A stretch of 64,000 bases of DNA from an uncultured Candidatus Saccharibacteria bacterium (lineage in GTDB: Bacteria > Patescibacteriota > Doudnabacteria > UBA920). This document shows positions 1 through 7,779 of this stretch, piece by piece (the stretch's first letter is position 1; the number at the start of each line of letters is the position of its first letter). The position numbers were made by a program, and so were the translations under genes. The notes beneath the pieces were generated by a model, which was not told the DNA's origin, ran no database searches, and saw nothing but the letters and a program-made list of their open reading frames with translations. The stretch is from contig CAYTCJ010000003.1 in NCBI GenBank assembly GCA_964436545.1, forward strand, positions 3,168-67,167, read 5' to 3'.

Positions 1-673
1 GTTTTTAGGTAAGCCGTTAATTACTCATTTATTGGGCAGAATTGCCCGAATTGCAAAAAGTCAAAAACCCATAATTGTGGTGGGTTTTTTGGCGGACAAA
101 GTTAAGCAGGCTCTAGGGACTAGGTATGAATATGTGCTCCAAGCCGAGCAGTTAGGCACAGCTCATGCGGTGAAGTGCGCAAAAGATGCGGTGGATGCCG
201 AGAATCTGTTAGTGCTATATGGCGACATGCCGTTTATTACCGAAGAAAGTTTAAGAAAATTTATTCGCATGCACCACGATAACCAAGCTCAAATTAGCAT
301 GCTCACCACCAAAGTGCCTAATTTTCAAAAAGAGTATGCGGGCTTTGAACATTTTGGGAGAATTGTGCGCAGTCCCTCGCTTCTCGCCAAGGGTAAAGAC
401 ATAGTTAAAATTACGGAATTTAAAGACGCCAGCGAAGCCGAAAAGGCCATTAAAGAAATTAACCCCGGAGTATACATGTTCAGCACAGCGTGGCTGTGGC
501 CGAACCTTAAAAAAATTAAAAATAAAAACGCGCAAAAAGAATATTACTTAACCGATATTGTGGAAATTGCCATTGCCCAAAAAGTAAAAATTTATAGTTT
601 GGAAGTCTCGCCCAAAGAAGTTATGGGGATTAATTCACTTGAAGATTTGGAATTGGCGGAAAAGGCTTTTTAG
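1..673 (+). CDS. Sugar-phosphate nucleotidyltransferase, GlmU N-terminal-domain-like (5' partial, continues upstream of window)
   Basis: Frame 2 is open from nt 2 (FLGKPLITHLLGRI...). The QLGTAHAV motif matches the GlmU/RmlA-type NTP-transferase fold. No left-handed beta-helix acetyltransferase domain follows, so this is the pyrophosphorylase domain only. Confidence 0.7.
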   Translation, partial: FLGKPLITHLLGRIARIAKSQKPIIVVGFLADKVKQALGTRYEYVLQAEQLGTAHAVKCAKDAVDAENLLVLYGDMPFITEESLRKFIRMHHDNQAQISMLTTKVPNFQKEYAGFEHFGRIVRSPSLLAKGKDIVKITEFKDASEAEKAIKEINPGVYMFSTAWLWPNLKKIKNKNAQKEYYLTDIVEIAIAQKVKIYSLEVSPKEVMGINSLEDLELAEKAF

Positions 674-932
674 GTTTTGGGTTTTTTAAGATTAGGTTTT
701 AGGTGTAAAAGATAAGTGTTGGACTGCGAAGTCAATTAATTTTAAAAAATAGTGGATATTTACCCAGCAAGTCATTTTTAATTTTCATATAACTTTAAAT
801 TTTGGTTATCAATGAGTTTGTGATTAATGTTTGTGGGTAAGTAAAGTTGTACTGCTGGGTCATACTCTGTTTCCGCATAGCTTAGCGGGATTTTTTTATT
901 GCCTTTTTAAGTAATTTGGAGTACTATTTATA

Positions 933-959
933 TATGATAAAGTATGATAGTATCATACT
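933..959. promoter_or_regulatory. Palindromic operator-like site with TATGATA half-sites: TATGATAaagTATGATAgTATCATAct
   Basis: A perfect 9-1-9 palindrome AGTATGATA-G-TATCATACT at 941-959 plus an extra direct half-site at 933-939. The same palindrome core recurs at 2616-2632. Confidence 0.55.
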
Positions 960-1281
960 TTTTTGTTCTTTCCAGTTTGGAATGGCTCGTCTCCCTACGG
1001 GAGACAGGCAAGTTTTGGTAGCAAAATTGTTCTGATATTGCAAGTAAAGCAATTTTATTATTGTCATGCTGAATTTATTTCAGCATCCAGTTGACATATA
1101 GATTCTGAAACCCACCAGAGGTTGGCAGGCAAGTTCAGAATGACAGAGGAAATTTATTTTCTTTATATTGCTATACAATGATAGGTGTTTTGCTCCCCAA
1201 GCTTGCCTTGCCTTGGTTCTATCCCATGGACTTTAAGGCAGGGTCATTCCTCCAAATCTCAAAAGGGGGAGTGAATAGAAA

Positions 1282-2466
1282 TTGAAGAAGGAGAAGGAAA
1301 TGCGGAATTTTATAGCAGAGAGAATTAATGCCGTCCCCCCTTCAGGGATACGGCGTTTTTTTGATATTATTGCTACCATGCCCGAGGTGATCAGTCTCGG
1401 GGTGGGAGAGCCTGACTTCGACACCCCGGAGCAGATCGTATCCGCGGGTGTTCAATCCCTCCACGCTGGCCGGACTCACTACACTTCCAACTACGGGACG
1501 ATTGAGTTGCGTCGGGCGCTCGCGGATCATCTCGATCGTCGTTACGGCGTCCAGTACGACCCACCCACGGAGATCCTGATCACCGTAGGCGCGTCCGAGG
1601 CCGTGGACCTGGCGCTTCGGGCTACCTGCGACCCGGGCGATGAGGTGATTCTCCACGAGCCGAGCTACGTCGCTTACGTTCCCGCGATCGTGTTCGCCGG
1701 CGGCACGGTCGTGCCGGTCGCCACGTGCTTCGAGGACGACTTCGCGCTGGACCCGACGGCGGTGGAGGCCGCGATCACGCCGAGGACAAAGGCACTGTTC
1801 CTGGGCTACCCGTGCAACCCGACCGGCGCGGTATTGCCGGATGCCGTGCAAGACGAGCTGGCCCGGATCGCCGAGCGCCATGACCTGATTGTGTACAGCG
1901 ACGAGATCTACGACCGCCTGGCCTACGGTAGCTACCGCCACCGGGCGTTCAGCTCGCTGCCCGGGATGCGCGAGCGAACGATATTGATGGGCGGCTTCTC
2001 CAAGGCTTACGCGATGACCGGCTGGCGGGTCGGCTACGTCGCGGCACCCGCCCCGATCCTCGAGGGGATGCTGAAAGTCCACCAGTACGGGATCATGTCG
2101 GCGTCCACCGTCGCCCAGGACGCGGCGCTGGCCGCGCTCCAGGCCGGCGAATCCGCGGTCGTCTCGATGGTCGCCGAGTACGACCGACGTCGGCGCTTGT
2201 TGGTCGACGGCCTCAATTGTATCGGCCTCGAGACCTTCGAGCCGCGTGGCGCGTTCTACGCGTTCCCGCGGATCACCTCGACGGGTCTCACGTCCGACGA
2301 GTTCACCGAACGGCTCCTGACCGAGGAGCACATCGCGGTCGTCCCGGGGAGTGCTTTCGGTCCGTCGGGCGCTGGGCACGTGCGCATGTGCTATTGCACT
2401 GCGTACGAAAAGCTCGAGGAGGCTTTGCGCCGAATTGAGCATTTCGTACGTAAAATTAAGGGCTAA
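1282..2466 (+). CDS. PLP-dependent aminotransferase class I/II (aspartate/aromatic aminotransferase-like); strongly high-GC gene body
   Basis: 394 aa. The N-terminal stretch (GVGEPDFDTP...) and the SFSKAYAMTGWRVGY PLP-lysine region are typical of AspC-family enzymes. GC is roughly 65% versus a background under 40%. The first ~20 and last ~25 codons are AT-rich. Confidence 0.85.
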   Translation: MKKEKEMRNFIAERINAVPPSGIRRFFDIIATMPEVISLGVGEPDFDTPEQIVSAGVQSLHAGRTHYTSNYGTIELRRALADHLDRRYGVQYDPPTEILITVGASEAVDLALRATCDPGDEVILHEPSYVAYVPAIVFAGGTVVPVATCFEDDFALDPTAVEAAITPRTKALFLGYPCNPTGAVLPDAVQDELARIAERHDLIVYSDEIYDRLAYGSYRHRAFSSLPGMRERTILMGGFSKAYAMTGWRVGYVAAPAPILEGMLKVHQYGIMSASTVAQDAALAALQAGESAVVSMVAEYDRRRRLLVDGLNCIGLETFEPRGAFYAFPRITSTGLTSDEFTERLLTEEHIAVVPGSAFGPSGAGHVRMCYCTAYEKLEEALRRIEHFVRKIKG

Positions 2467-2615
2467 ACGCCCGGCCTTCCCCCGCGCTTGCCGGCGCTGG
2501 GGGCGGGAAACCATTTTCTCCTAACAAACCCAAGAAGCGGAAATGCACCTAGAGGTTTTTAGCCTACCAGCTAAGAATTTTTAGGAGCTTTCCGCTTCTT
2601 CATTTTTTTTGAAGA

Positions 2616-2632
2616 GTATGATACTATCATAC
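2616..2632. promoter_or_regulatory. Palindrome GTATGATA-C-TATCATAC immediately upstream (4 nt) of the RHH-NTase start codon
   Basis: A perfect 8-1-8 inverted repeat with the same core as 941-959. It sits where an autoregulatory operator of the downstream RHH-domain protein would be expected. Confidence 0.55.
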
Positions 2633-2636
2633 ATAT

Positions 2637-3566
2637 ATGCGAGAACGACTTACCATTACTTTAAAACAAGACTTGTTAGAGGCTTTAGATGCCAATATTG
2701 ATGGCGATAAACTTAGAAACAGAAGTCATGCCATTGAATATTATTTGTCTAAAAGTTTAGGGCAAAAAGCTCTTAAAGTGTTAATTTTAGCCGGAGGCAA
2801 ACCGGTAGATTTTGGTAAAGCTCATGGCGGAAAATTACCCAAGGCAATGGTAAAAATTGCGGGTAAGCCACTCTTAGAACAAACTTTGCTAAAATTAAAA
2901 TCTGCCAAATTTAAAGATATCATTATTTCTCTGGGTGAAGGGGGTAAAACTATTAGAGACTATTTTAAAACCGGCGAAGCTTTAGGTTTGCATATTCAAT
3001 ATATTGAACAAGACAAGAGTGTTACCGGGCCGGCCAGCGCCCTCCTTCAGGCAAAAAAATGGGTAGACAATAGTAATTTTTTGTTAATTTATGGAGATGT
3101 GCTTTCGGATATAGATTTTTCTGATTTAATCCAATTCCATTCTTTAAACAAACCCTCCATTTGCACTATGACTTTAACTTCCACTGAAAGCATTGGGCTT
3201 TGGGGTTTGGCCAAACTGCAGGGCAGTCGGGTGGTGGAATTTGAAGAAAAACCGCAAAATCCTAAAACTTTTTCTCGGCTCATTAACGCCGGTATATATT
3301 TAATGGAACCGGGAATTTTTAAATACATTTCACCCCCTCCCAGCCTCCCCCCTCCCTCCTACGCCAAGGCTTCGGAGGACAGCCAAGGGGGAGGAATAAA
3401 GGTGGGGGGAAGTAAATTAGAAAGTGGAATTTTGCCTCGGCTCGCGGAAGAAGGAAAGTTATATGGGTATGTGTATGAAGGTTTATGGTTAGATATTAGT
3501 AATAGCGCAGTGTATAAACAAGCCATAAAAGAAATGAACAAGAATGACAAAAATGAACAAGAATGA
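2637..3566 (+). CDS. Ribbon-helix-helix (CopG-like) DNA-binding domain fused to NDP-sugar pyrophosphorylase (mannose-1-P guanylyl / glucose-1-P thymidylyltransferase-like)
   Basis: The N-terminus MRERLTITLKQDLLEALDANIDGDKLRNRSHAIEYYL has a strand-helix-helix RHH pattern. It is followed by LILAGGKPVDFG...GKPLLEQTL, the G-rich NTP-transferase signature loop. The gene also contains an in-frame GC-rich palindromic insert (see 3333-3410). Confidence 0.7.
   Translation: MRERLTITLKQDLLEALDANIDGDKLRNRSHAIEYYLSKSLGQKALKVLILAGGKPVDFGKAHGGKLPKAMVKIAGKPLLEQTLLKLKSAKFKDIIISLGEGGKTIRDYFKTGEALGLHIQYIEQDKSVTGPASALLQAKKWVDNSNFLLIYGDVLSDIDFSDLIQFHSLNKPSICTMTLTSTESIGLWGLAKLQGSRVVEFEEKPQNPKTFSRLINAGIYLMEPGIFKYISPPPSLPPPSYAKASEDSQGGGIKVGGSKLESGILPRLAEEGKLYGYVYEGLWLDISNSAVYKQAIKEMNKNDKNEQE
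3333..3410. repeat. GC-rich palindromic element inserted in frame in the nucleotidyltransferase gene
   Basis: Sequence ccccctcccagcctcccccctccctcc...ggaggacagccaagggggagg...ggtgggggg has C-run and G-run inverted symmetry. It encodes a Pro/Gly-rich stretch (ISPPPSLPPPSYAKASEDSQGGGIKVGG) that interrupts an otherwise ordinary low-GC gene. Confidence 0.6.
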
Positions 3567-3623
3567 CAAAAATCAGCGGAAATTAATTTTGTCAATTTTG
3601 TCATTTATTTAATTTTTGTCATT
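3534..3623. repeat. TGACAAAAAT inverted/direct repeat module (copy A)
   Basis: A 19-nt tandem duplication of atgaacaagaatgacaaaa is followed by three inverted TTTTGTCA(T) copies. A near-identical module lies at 55801-55891. Its TGA supplies the stop codon of the upstream gene. Confidence 0.7.
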
Positions 3624-3656
3624 AAGCCATAGAGGCACATTTTTTATAAAAAATAT

Positions 3657-4679
3657 ATGAATAAAAGAATATCAGCAAACTCTAAAATACGCATTGCACT
3701 TAATGGTTTGGGTAGAATTGGCAGGATTTTTTTACGCCAAGCTTGGAATAACCCAAAGTTTGAAATTGTAGCTTTACATAGCCGTTCAGGTTTAGAGATG
3801 TATGCCCATTTATTAAAGTACGATTCCACCTACGGGGTGTGGGAGAAAGCGGTAAGCGTGAAAGGTAATAATTTAGTGATTGCCGGGAAGGTTTTTCCGT
3901 TTGTGAGCGATGAAGGCGGTTTGCCTTGGGGGGATTTAAAGGTAGATATGGTAGTTGATGCCACGGGGAGATATACCAAAAAAAGTGAAGCTACTAAACA
4001 TTTGGCGCAAGGGGCAAAATATATGGTATGCACCGCGCCCATGGACGATGCGGACGAGACTTTTGTGTTTGGTGCCAACCATAAAACTTTCAATCCCAAA
4101 AAGCATAAAATTATTTCGGCCGGCAGTTGCACTACCGTGTGCAGTACTTTAAGTTTAAAAGTGTTAGAAGAAAATTTTGGCGTTAAGCAAGGGGTAATTA
4201 ATACCGTGCATGCGTTTACGGGCGACCAAATGCTCTTGGATGGGAGCCATAAAGATTTAAGACGCGCGCGCGGAGCCAGCCAGAGCATTATCCCAACTAC
4301 CAGTGGTGTATCTAAAACCATTGTGGGGCTTTACCCTCATTTGAAGGGAAAAATTTCCGCGTTATCTTTGCGGGTGCCGGTGCCTGACCCTTCGGTGGTG
4401 GTGTTAAGCGCGGAGCTAAAAACCGCAATTACCGAAGCGCAGTTACGCCAAGCTTTTATTCAGGCTTCCCGTAATAACTTAAAAGGTTTATTGGCGGTGA
4501 GTGAATTGCCTTTAGTATCCGTGGATTTTAAAGGGAACAGTCACGGGGCTGTGGTGGATTTATATAGTAGCAGTCTGGTTAATGAAAAGTTAATTAATCT
4601 TTTAGCTTGGTACGATAACGAGTGGGGTTATGTAGCGCAAACCATAAAGCTTTTAGAGTACTTGGCCAGTAAAATTTAA
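3657..4679 (+). CDS. gap: Glyceraldehyde-3-phosphate dehydrogenase, type I
   Basis: 340 aa with the NGLGRIGR Rossmann motif, an SAGSCTTVC catalytic-Cys motif and a WYDNEWGY C-terminal motif. Confidence 0.9.
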   Translation: MNKRISANSKIRIALNGLGRIGRIFLRQAWNNPKFEIVALHSRSGLEMYAHLLKYDSTYGVWEKAVSVKGNNLVIAGKVFPFVSDEGGLPWGDLKVDMVVDATGRYTKKSEATKHLAQGAKYMVCTAPMDDADETFVFGANHKTFNPKKHKIISAGSCTTVCSTLSLKVLEENFGVKQGVINTVHAFTGDQMLLDGSHKDLRRARGASQSIIPTTSGVSKTIVGLYPHLKGKISALSLRVPVPDPSVVVLSAELKTAITEAQLRQAFIQASRNNLKGLLAVSELPLVSVDFKGNSHGAVVDLYSSSLVNEKLINLLAWYDNEWGYVAQTIKLLEYLASKI

Positions 4680-4680
4680 T

Positions 4681-4721
4681 AAAAAAAACTCGCTCCGATG
4701 AACAACGGAGCGGGTTTTTTT
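4681..4721. terminator. Bidirectional rho-independent terminator between gap (+) and the suhB-like gene (-)
   Basis: A run of A, then a ctcgctccg/cggagcggg stem, then a run of T. Confidence 0.75.
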
Positions 4722-4728
4722 ATATTTT

Positions 4729-5517
4729 TTAGATTAAGACTGCCTTTTTAAATTCACTTAACATTTGTTTGTGAATGTGTTGGTTACTGCACAAGAAATT
4801 GGTGGTCTGGGTGGTTAACGGTTGGCCGTTAATTTCGGTAATTTTTCCACCCGCTTCAAGCACAATTACCGCTGAGGCGGCAAAATCCCACAGATTGATT
4901 TCATTTTGCAAATAAAAATCATACACACCTTCGGCCACCAAACACATTTCCAGCGTGGCTGAACCCAAAGTTCTCACTTTGTGTAAAATGGGTAAAAGTT
5001 TAGGAAAATTAATTTGGGCTTTTTTAACATTTCTGCCCCAACCAAAACCTCCGTAGGTAAAATTCAGCGATGTTTTATGGGATGCGGAAATTTTTTGCTT
5101 ATTTAAAAATGCGCCTTGGCCTTTTTTTGCCGTCCAGAGTTGTTTGGTAATGGGGTTGAATACCACCCCCACTAAGGGTGTATTGCCTTGCCATAAGCCT
5201 AAAGAAATGCAAGCAAACGGCAGACCTTGAATGTAGTTGGTGGTGCCGTCAATGGGGTCGATTATCCAAACTAAGTCGGTGGGCTTCACTTTGTCTTTGC
5301 TAAATTCTTCACCAATAATTTTATGGGTAGGGAAATGTTGGTGTAAAATTTTTCTAATTTGAAGTTCTATGTTTTTATCGGCGCGACTGACTAAATTGCC
5401 AAAATCATTATTTTTAATTTGGACATTTTTGGCTCTGCCAAAATCTTGTATAAACAGTTTGGCAGAAGCTTTTACCGCGGTTTGTGCGGTTTGTGAAAAT
5501 TTGTGAAGGTTAAACAT
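4729..5517 (-). CDS. suhB: Inositol monophosphatase family protein (SuhB/IMPase-like)
   Basis: WIIDPIDGTTNY metal-binding motif. The track ORF extends to 5616, but the likely true start is the ATG at 5517 (MFNLHKF...). Confidence 0.75.
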   Translation of the reverse strand: MFNLHKFSQTAQTAVKASAKLFIQDFGRAKNVQIKNNDFGNLVSRADKNIELQIRKILHQHFPTHKIIGEEFSKDKVKPTDLVWIIDPIDGTTNYIQGLPFACISLGLWQGNTPLVGVVFNPITKQLWTAKKGQGAFLNKQKISASHKTSLNFTYGGFGWGRNVKKAQINFPKLLPILHKVRTLGSATLEMCLVAEGVYDFYLQNEINLWDFAASAVIVLEAGGKITEINGQPLTTQTTNFLCSNQHIHKQMLSEFKKAVLI

Positions 5518-5652
5518 ATTACTGATTATACCTGAAAAAGTGATATAATAGAAGTGTGATACTAATCTACTAATACCTACCAATGATACTAATAATACGA
5601 ATCTATTCGTAGTCATTTGTAGATTCGTTTAATTCGTTGATTCGATATACTT

Positions 5653-7023
5653 ATGAGGATAATTGCCGACCTCCAAATTCATAGTAAATATTCTCGTGCT
5701 TGTTCCCAAGACCTTAATCCACAAAATATTGGCTTGTGGGCGCAAAAAAAAGGTATTCAGGTTATTGGCACCGGGGATTTTACGCATCCCAAATGGCTTT
5801 TGGAGTTAAAGGAGAATTTGGTAGAAGCAAAACCGGGGTTGTATCGATTGCGATCTAATTCGGGTCATTCAAATACTATTCGTGGATTCGGGTCGGCTCA
5901 TTTTATGCTTACTGCGGAAGTTTCGAGTATTTACAAACAAGGCGACAAAGTAAGGCGGGTGCACAATATGATTCTGGCGCCGAACTTTCAGGCAGTTGAT
6001 AAAATTATTGCCGGCTTAGAAAAGCGAGGAGCTAATTTAAAAAGTGACGGCCGACCGATTATGGGCATTAAGTGTCCGGATTTGGTAAAGCTGGTTAAAG
6101 AGGCCTCCTTAGAAGCGGAAATTATTCCGGCGCATGCTTGGACTCCGCACTTTGGCGTGTTTGGTTCCTTGTCGGGTTTTAATAGCATAGAGGAAGCGTT
6201 TGGTGAGGAGGCAAAACACATTTTTGCCATTGAAACCGGCCTGTCAGCTGACCCAAAAATGAATTGGCAAATTTCATCGCTCGACCAGTATGCTTTGGTG
6301 TCTAACAGCGATGCGCATAGTTTAAGAAAACTGGGGCGGGAGGCCAATGTGTTTGAAATAGAGGAGAAAAAATTATCTTATGCGGAAATAATTCGCGTGA
6401 TTCGGAATAAAGATCCCAAAGAATTTCTTTACACTTTGGAATTTTTTCCCGAGGAAGGCAAATACCATTTAGATGGCCATGCCGATTGCAAATTTTCTTG
6501 TGAACCTTTGAAAACCCAAAAATTAAAAGGGGTTTGTCCGGTGTGTGGAAAAAAATTATTGGTGGGTGTGTTAAGTCGGGTAGAGGCTTTGGCCGATAGA
6601 GCCTATGGGTTTATGCCGAAACGGGCTGTGCCTTTTAAAAATGTAATTCCGTTAGAAGAAATTATTGCCGATGTGCTGGGTGTGGGGGTGGCATCTAAAC
6701 GAGTGGTGGAGATGTATGAGCGAATGGTGAACTCCTCCCGACCTCCTCTTTCGAAAAGAGGAGGGGTATTGCAGTCACCCCCTCTTTCTTTAAAGAGGGG
6801 GGAGGGGGAGTTGTGTGATGAGTTTTCCATTCTTCTCGATTTAACCGAAGCGCAAATTACCGCCATCTCGAATCCAGCCATAGCCCAAGCCATCATCCGC
6901 GTTCGCGAAGGTAAGGTTAAACTAGAAGGTGGGTATGATGGCGTGTTTGGTAAAATTGAAATTTTTAGCCAAGCAGAAAGGGAAAAATTGTTTTTAAAAC
7001 CTAAACAAGTAACTTTATTTTAA
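5653..7023 (+). CDS. PHP-domain nuclease, endonuclease Q-like (TIGR00375-like) with C4 zinc finger
   Basis: The N-terminal IADLQIHSKYS motif is PHP-type. CEPL...CPVCGKK forms a zinc ribbon. The overall length and layout resemble EndoQ. The gene carries an in-frame palindromic insert (6733-6812). Confidence 0.6.
   Translation: MRIIADLQIHSKYSRACSQDLNPQNIGLWAQKKGIQVIGTGDFTHPKWLLELKENLVEAKPGLYRLRSNSGHSNTIRGFGSAHFMLTAEVSSIYKQGDKVRRVHNMILAPNFQAVDKIIAGLEKRGANLKSDGRPIMGIKCPDLVKLVKEASLEAEIIPAHAWTPHFGVFGSLSGFNSIEEAFGEEAKHIFAIETGLSADPKMNWQISSLDQYALVSNSDAHSLRKLGREANVFEIEEKKLSYAEIIRVIRNKDPKEFLYTLEFFPEEGKYHLDGHADCKFSCEPLKTQKLKGVCPVCGKKLLVGVLSRVEALADRAYGFMPKRAVPFKNVIPLEEIIADVLGVGVASKRVVEMYERMVNSSRPPLSKRGGVLQSPPLSLKRGEGELCDEFSILLDLTEAQITAISNPAIAQAIIRVREGKVKLEGGYDGVFGKIEIFSQAEREKLFLKPKQVTLF
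6733..6812. repeat. Tandem pair of GC-rich hairpins inserted in frame in the EndoQ-like gene
   Basis: Two perfect hairpins, cctcctctttcgaaaagaggagg and cccctctttctttaaagagggg(ggaggggg). They encode SSRPPLSKRGGVLQSPPLSLKRGEGEL. Confidence 0.65.
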
Positions 7024-7025
7024 AT

Positions 7026-7769
7026 ATGTTTGGAAAATTGTTTGATAGACTTACTTATTTTGAGCCAACTCGTTTTGAGTTTCTAGATTTAAAACAAGAG
7101 CAAAAAAATCGAGCTCAACATGTTTTGGCTTGGTCAAAAGCAGGTTTGCCTAAAACCGCGTTTGCCTATATGGGAGCGAGTGAGCATACCTTAGAAACTT
7201 ACATTCGCACTGGAAAATTAACGGAGTTTTTTCCAATGGGTGGTGTTCCGATTAATTCTCAAAATGCTCACGCAGAAAGTTTTGGAATTATGAGAGTGAA
7301 TATTTCCCCATATCCTTTAACTGAAAATAGTTTTGAGTTTATTAGAGATAATGATGCAGTTATCTTAGCCCGCAGTCATTTTATTTTGCAAAGTTTAGGT
7401 TTGCCCATAAATCCAGAAACAGTTATGTTGGCTAAAAATTTACCCCTAACACCAGAGGGTGTACTCATTCAGAAAGATTTAGAGACACTCATTGCCATGG
7501 TAGTTGCTAGGGATAGAATTACGGGTGCTGATGCAAGAAATAAAATTTTTGACTTTATGGTTCAAGGACAAGCTTATAAAGGTTATGTGTTAGCTTTAAG
7601 CACCGCAGTAGATAAACCAGAGGTATTATATAGAAATGAAGATCCATATAATGATCAAGTAATTATTTCGCCGGGTTTTGAACAATATATTCTTGGTTTA
7701 GAGGCTTTAGGTGAACATGAAAAAAGTTTTTTAAAAGGTATTGGCAGAGCAACATCCAAAGTCGTTTAA
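7026..7769 (+). CDS. Hypothetical protein, tightly coupled downstream of the EndoQ-like gene
   Basis: 247 aa with a 2-nt gap after the upstream stop. No motif recognised. Confidence 0.5.
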   Translation: MFGKLFDRLTYFEPTRFEFLDLKQEQKNRAQHVLAWSKAGLPKTAFAYMGASEHTLETYIRTGKLTEFFPMGGVPINSQNAHAESFGIMRVNISPYPLTENSFEFIRDNDAVILARSHFILQSLGLPINPETVMLAKNLPLTPEGVLIQKDLETLIAMVVARDRITGADARNKIFDFMVQGQAYKGYVLALSTAVDKPEVLYRNEDPYNDQVIISPGFEQYILGLEALGEHEKSFLKGIGRATSKVV

Positions 7770-7779
7770 TTTATTTGAA

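Noticed and set aside
674-1281. Possible riboswitch or ncRNA in the 600-bp gap upstream of the aminotransferase
   Set aside because: Only short hairpins (gtctccc-tac-gggagac, gctgaa-ttta-ttcagc) and a repeated 10-mer caggcaagtt were seen. No recognisable riboswitch core (T-box, SAM, TPP and similar) could be identified by eye. An Rfam scan would settle this.
1342-2514. 390-aa minus-strand ORF antisense to the aminotransferase, plus smaller ORFs at 2034-2216 and 2217-2438
   Set aside because: Long open frames on the opposite strand are expected in a ~65% GC segment because stop codons are rare. The product is Arg/Gly/Pro-rich low-complexity with no motif, and the plus-strand protein has clear aminotransferase signatures.
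3830-4321. 163-aa minus-strand ORF inside gap (and similar antisense ORFs inside eno, pyk, ppsA, dnaG, rpoD, ABC-F, EamA, pyrD)
   Set aside because: Each lies entirely within a high-confidence conserved gene on the other strand and has no recognisable motif.
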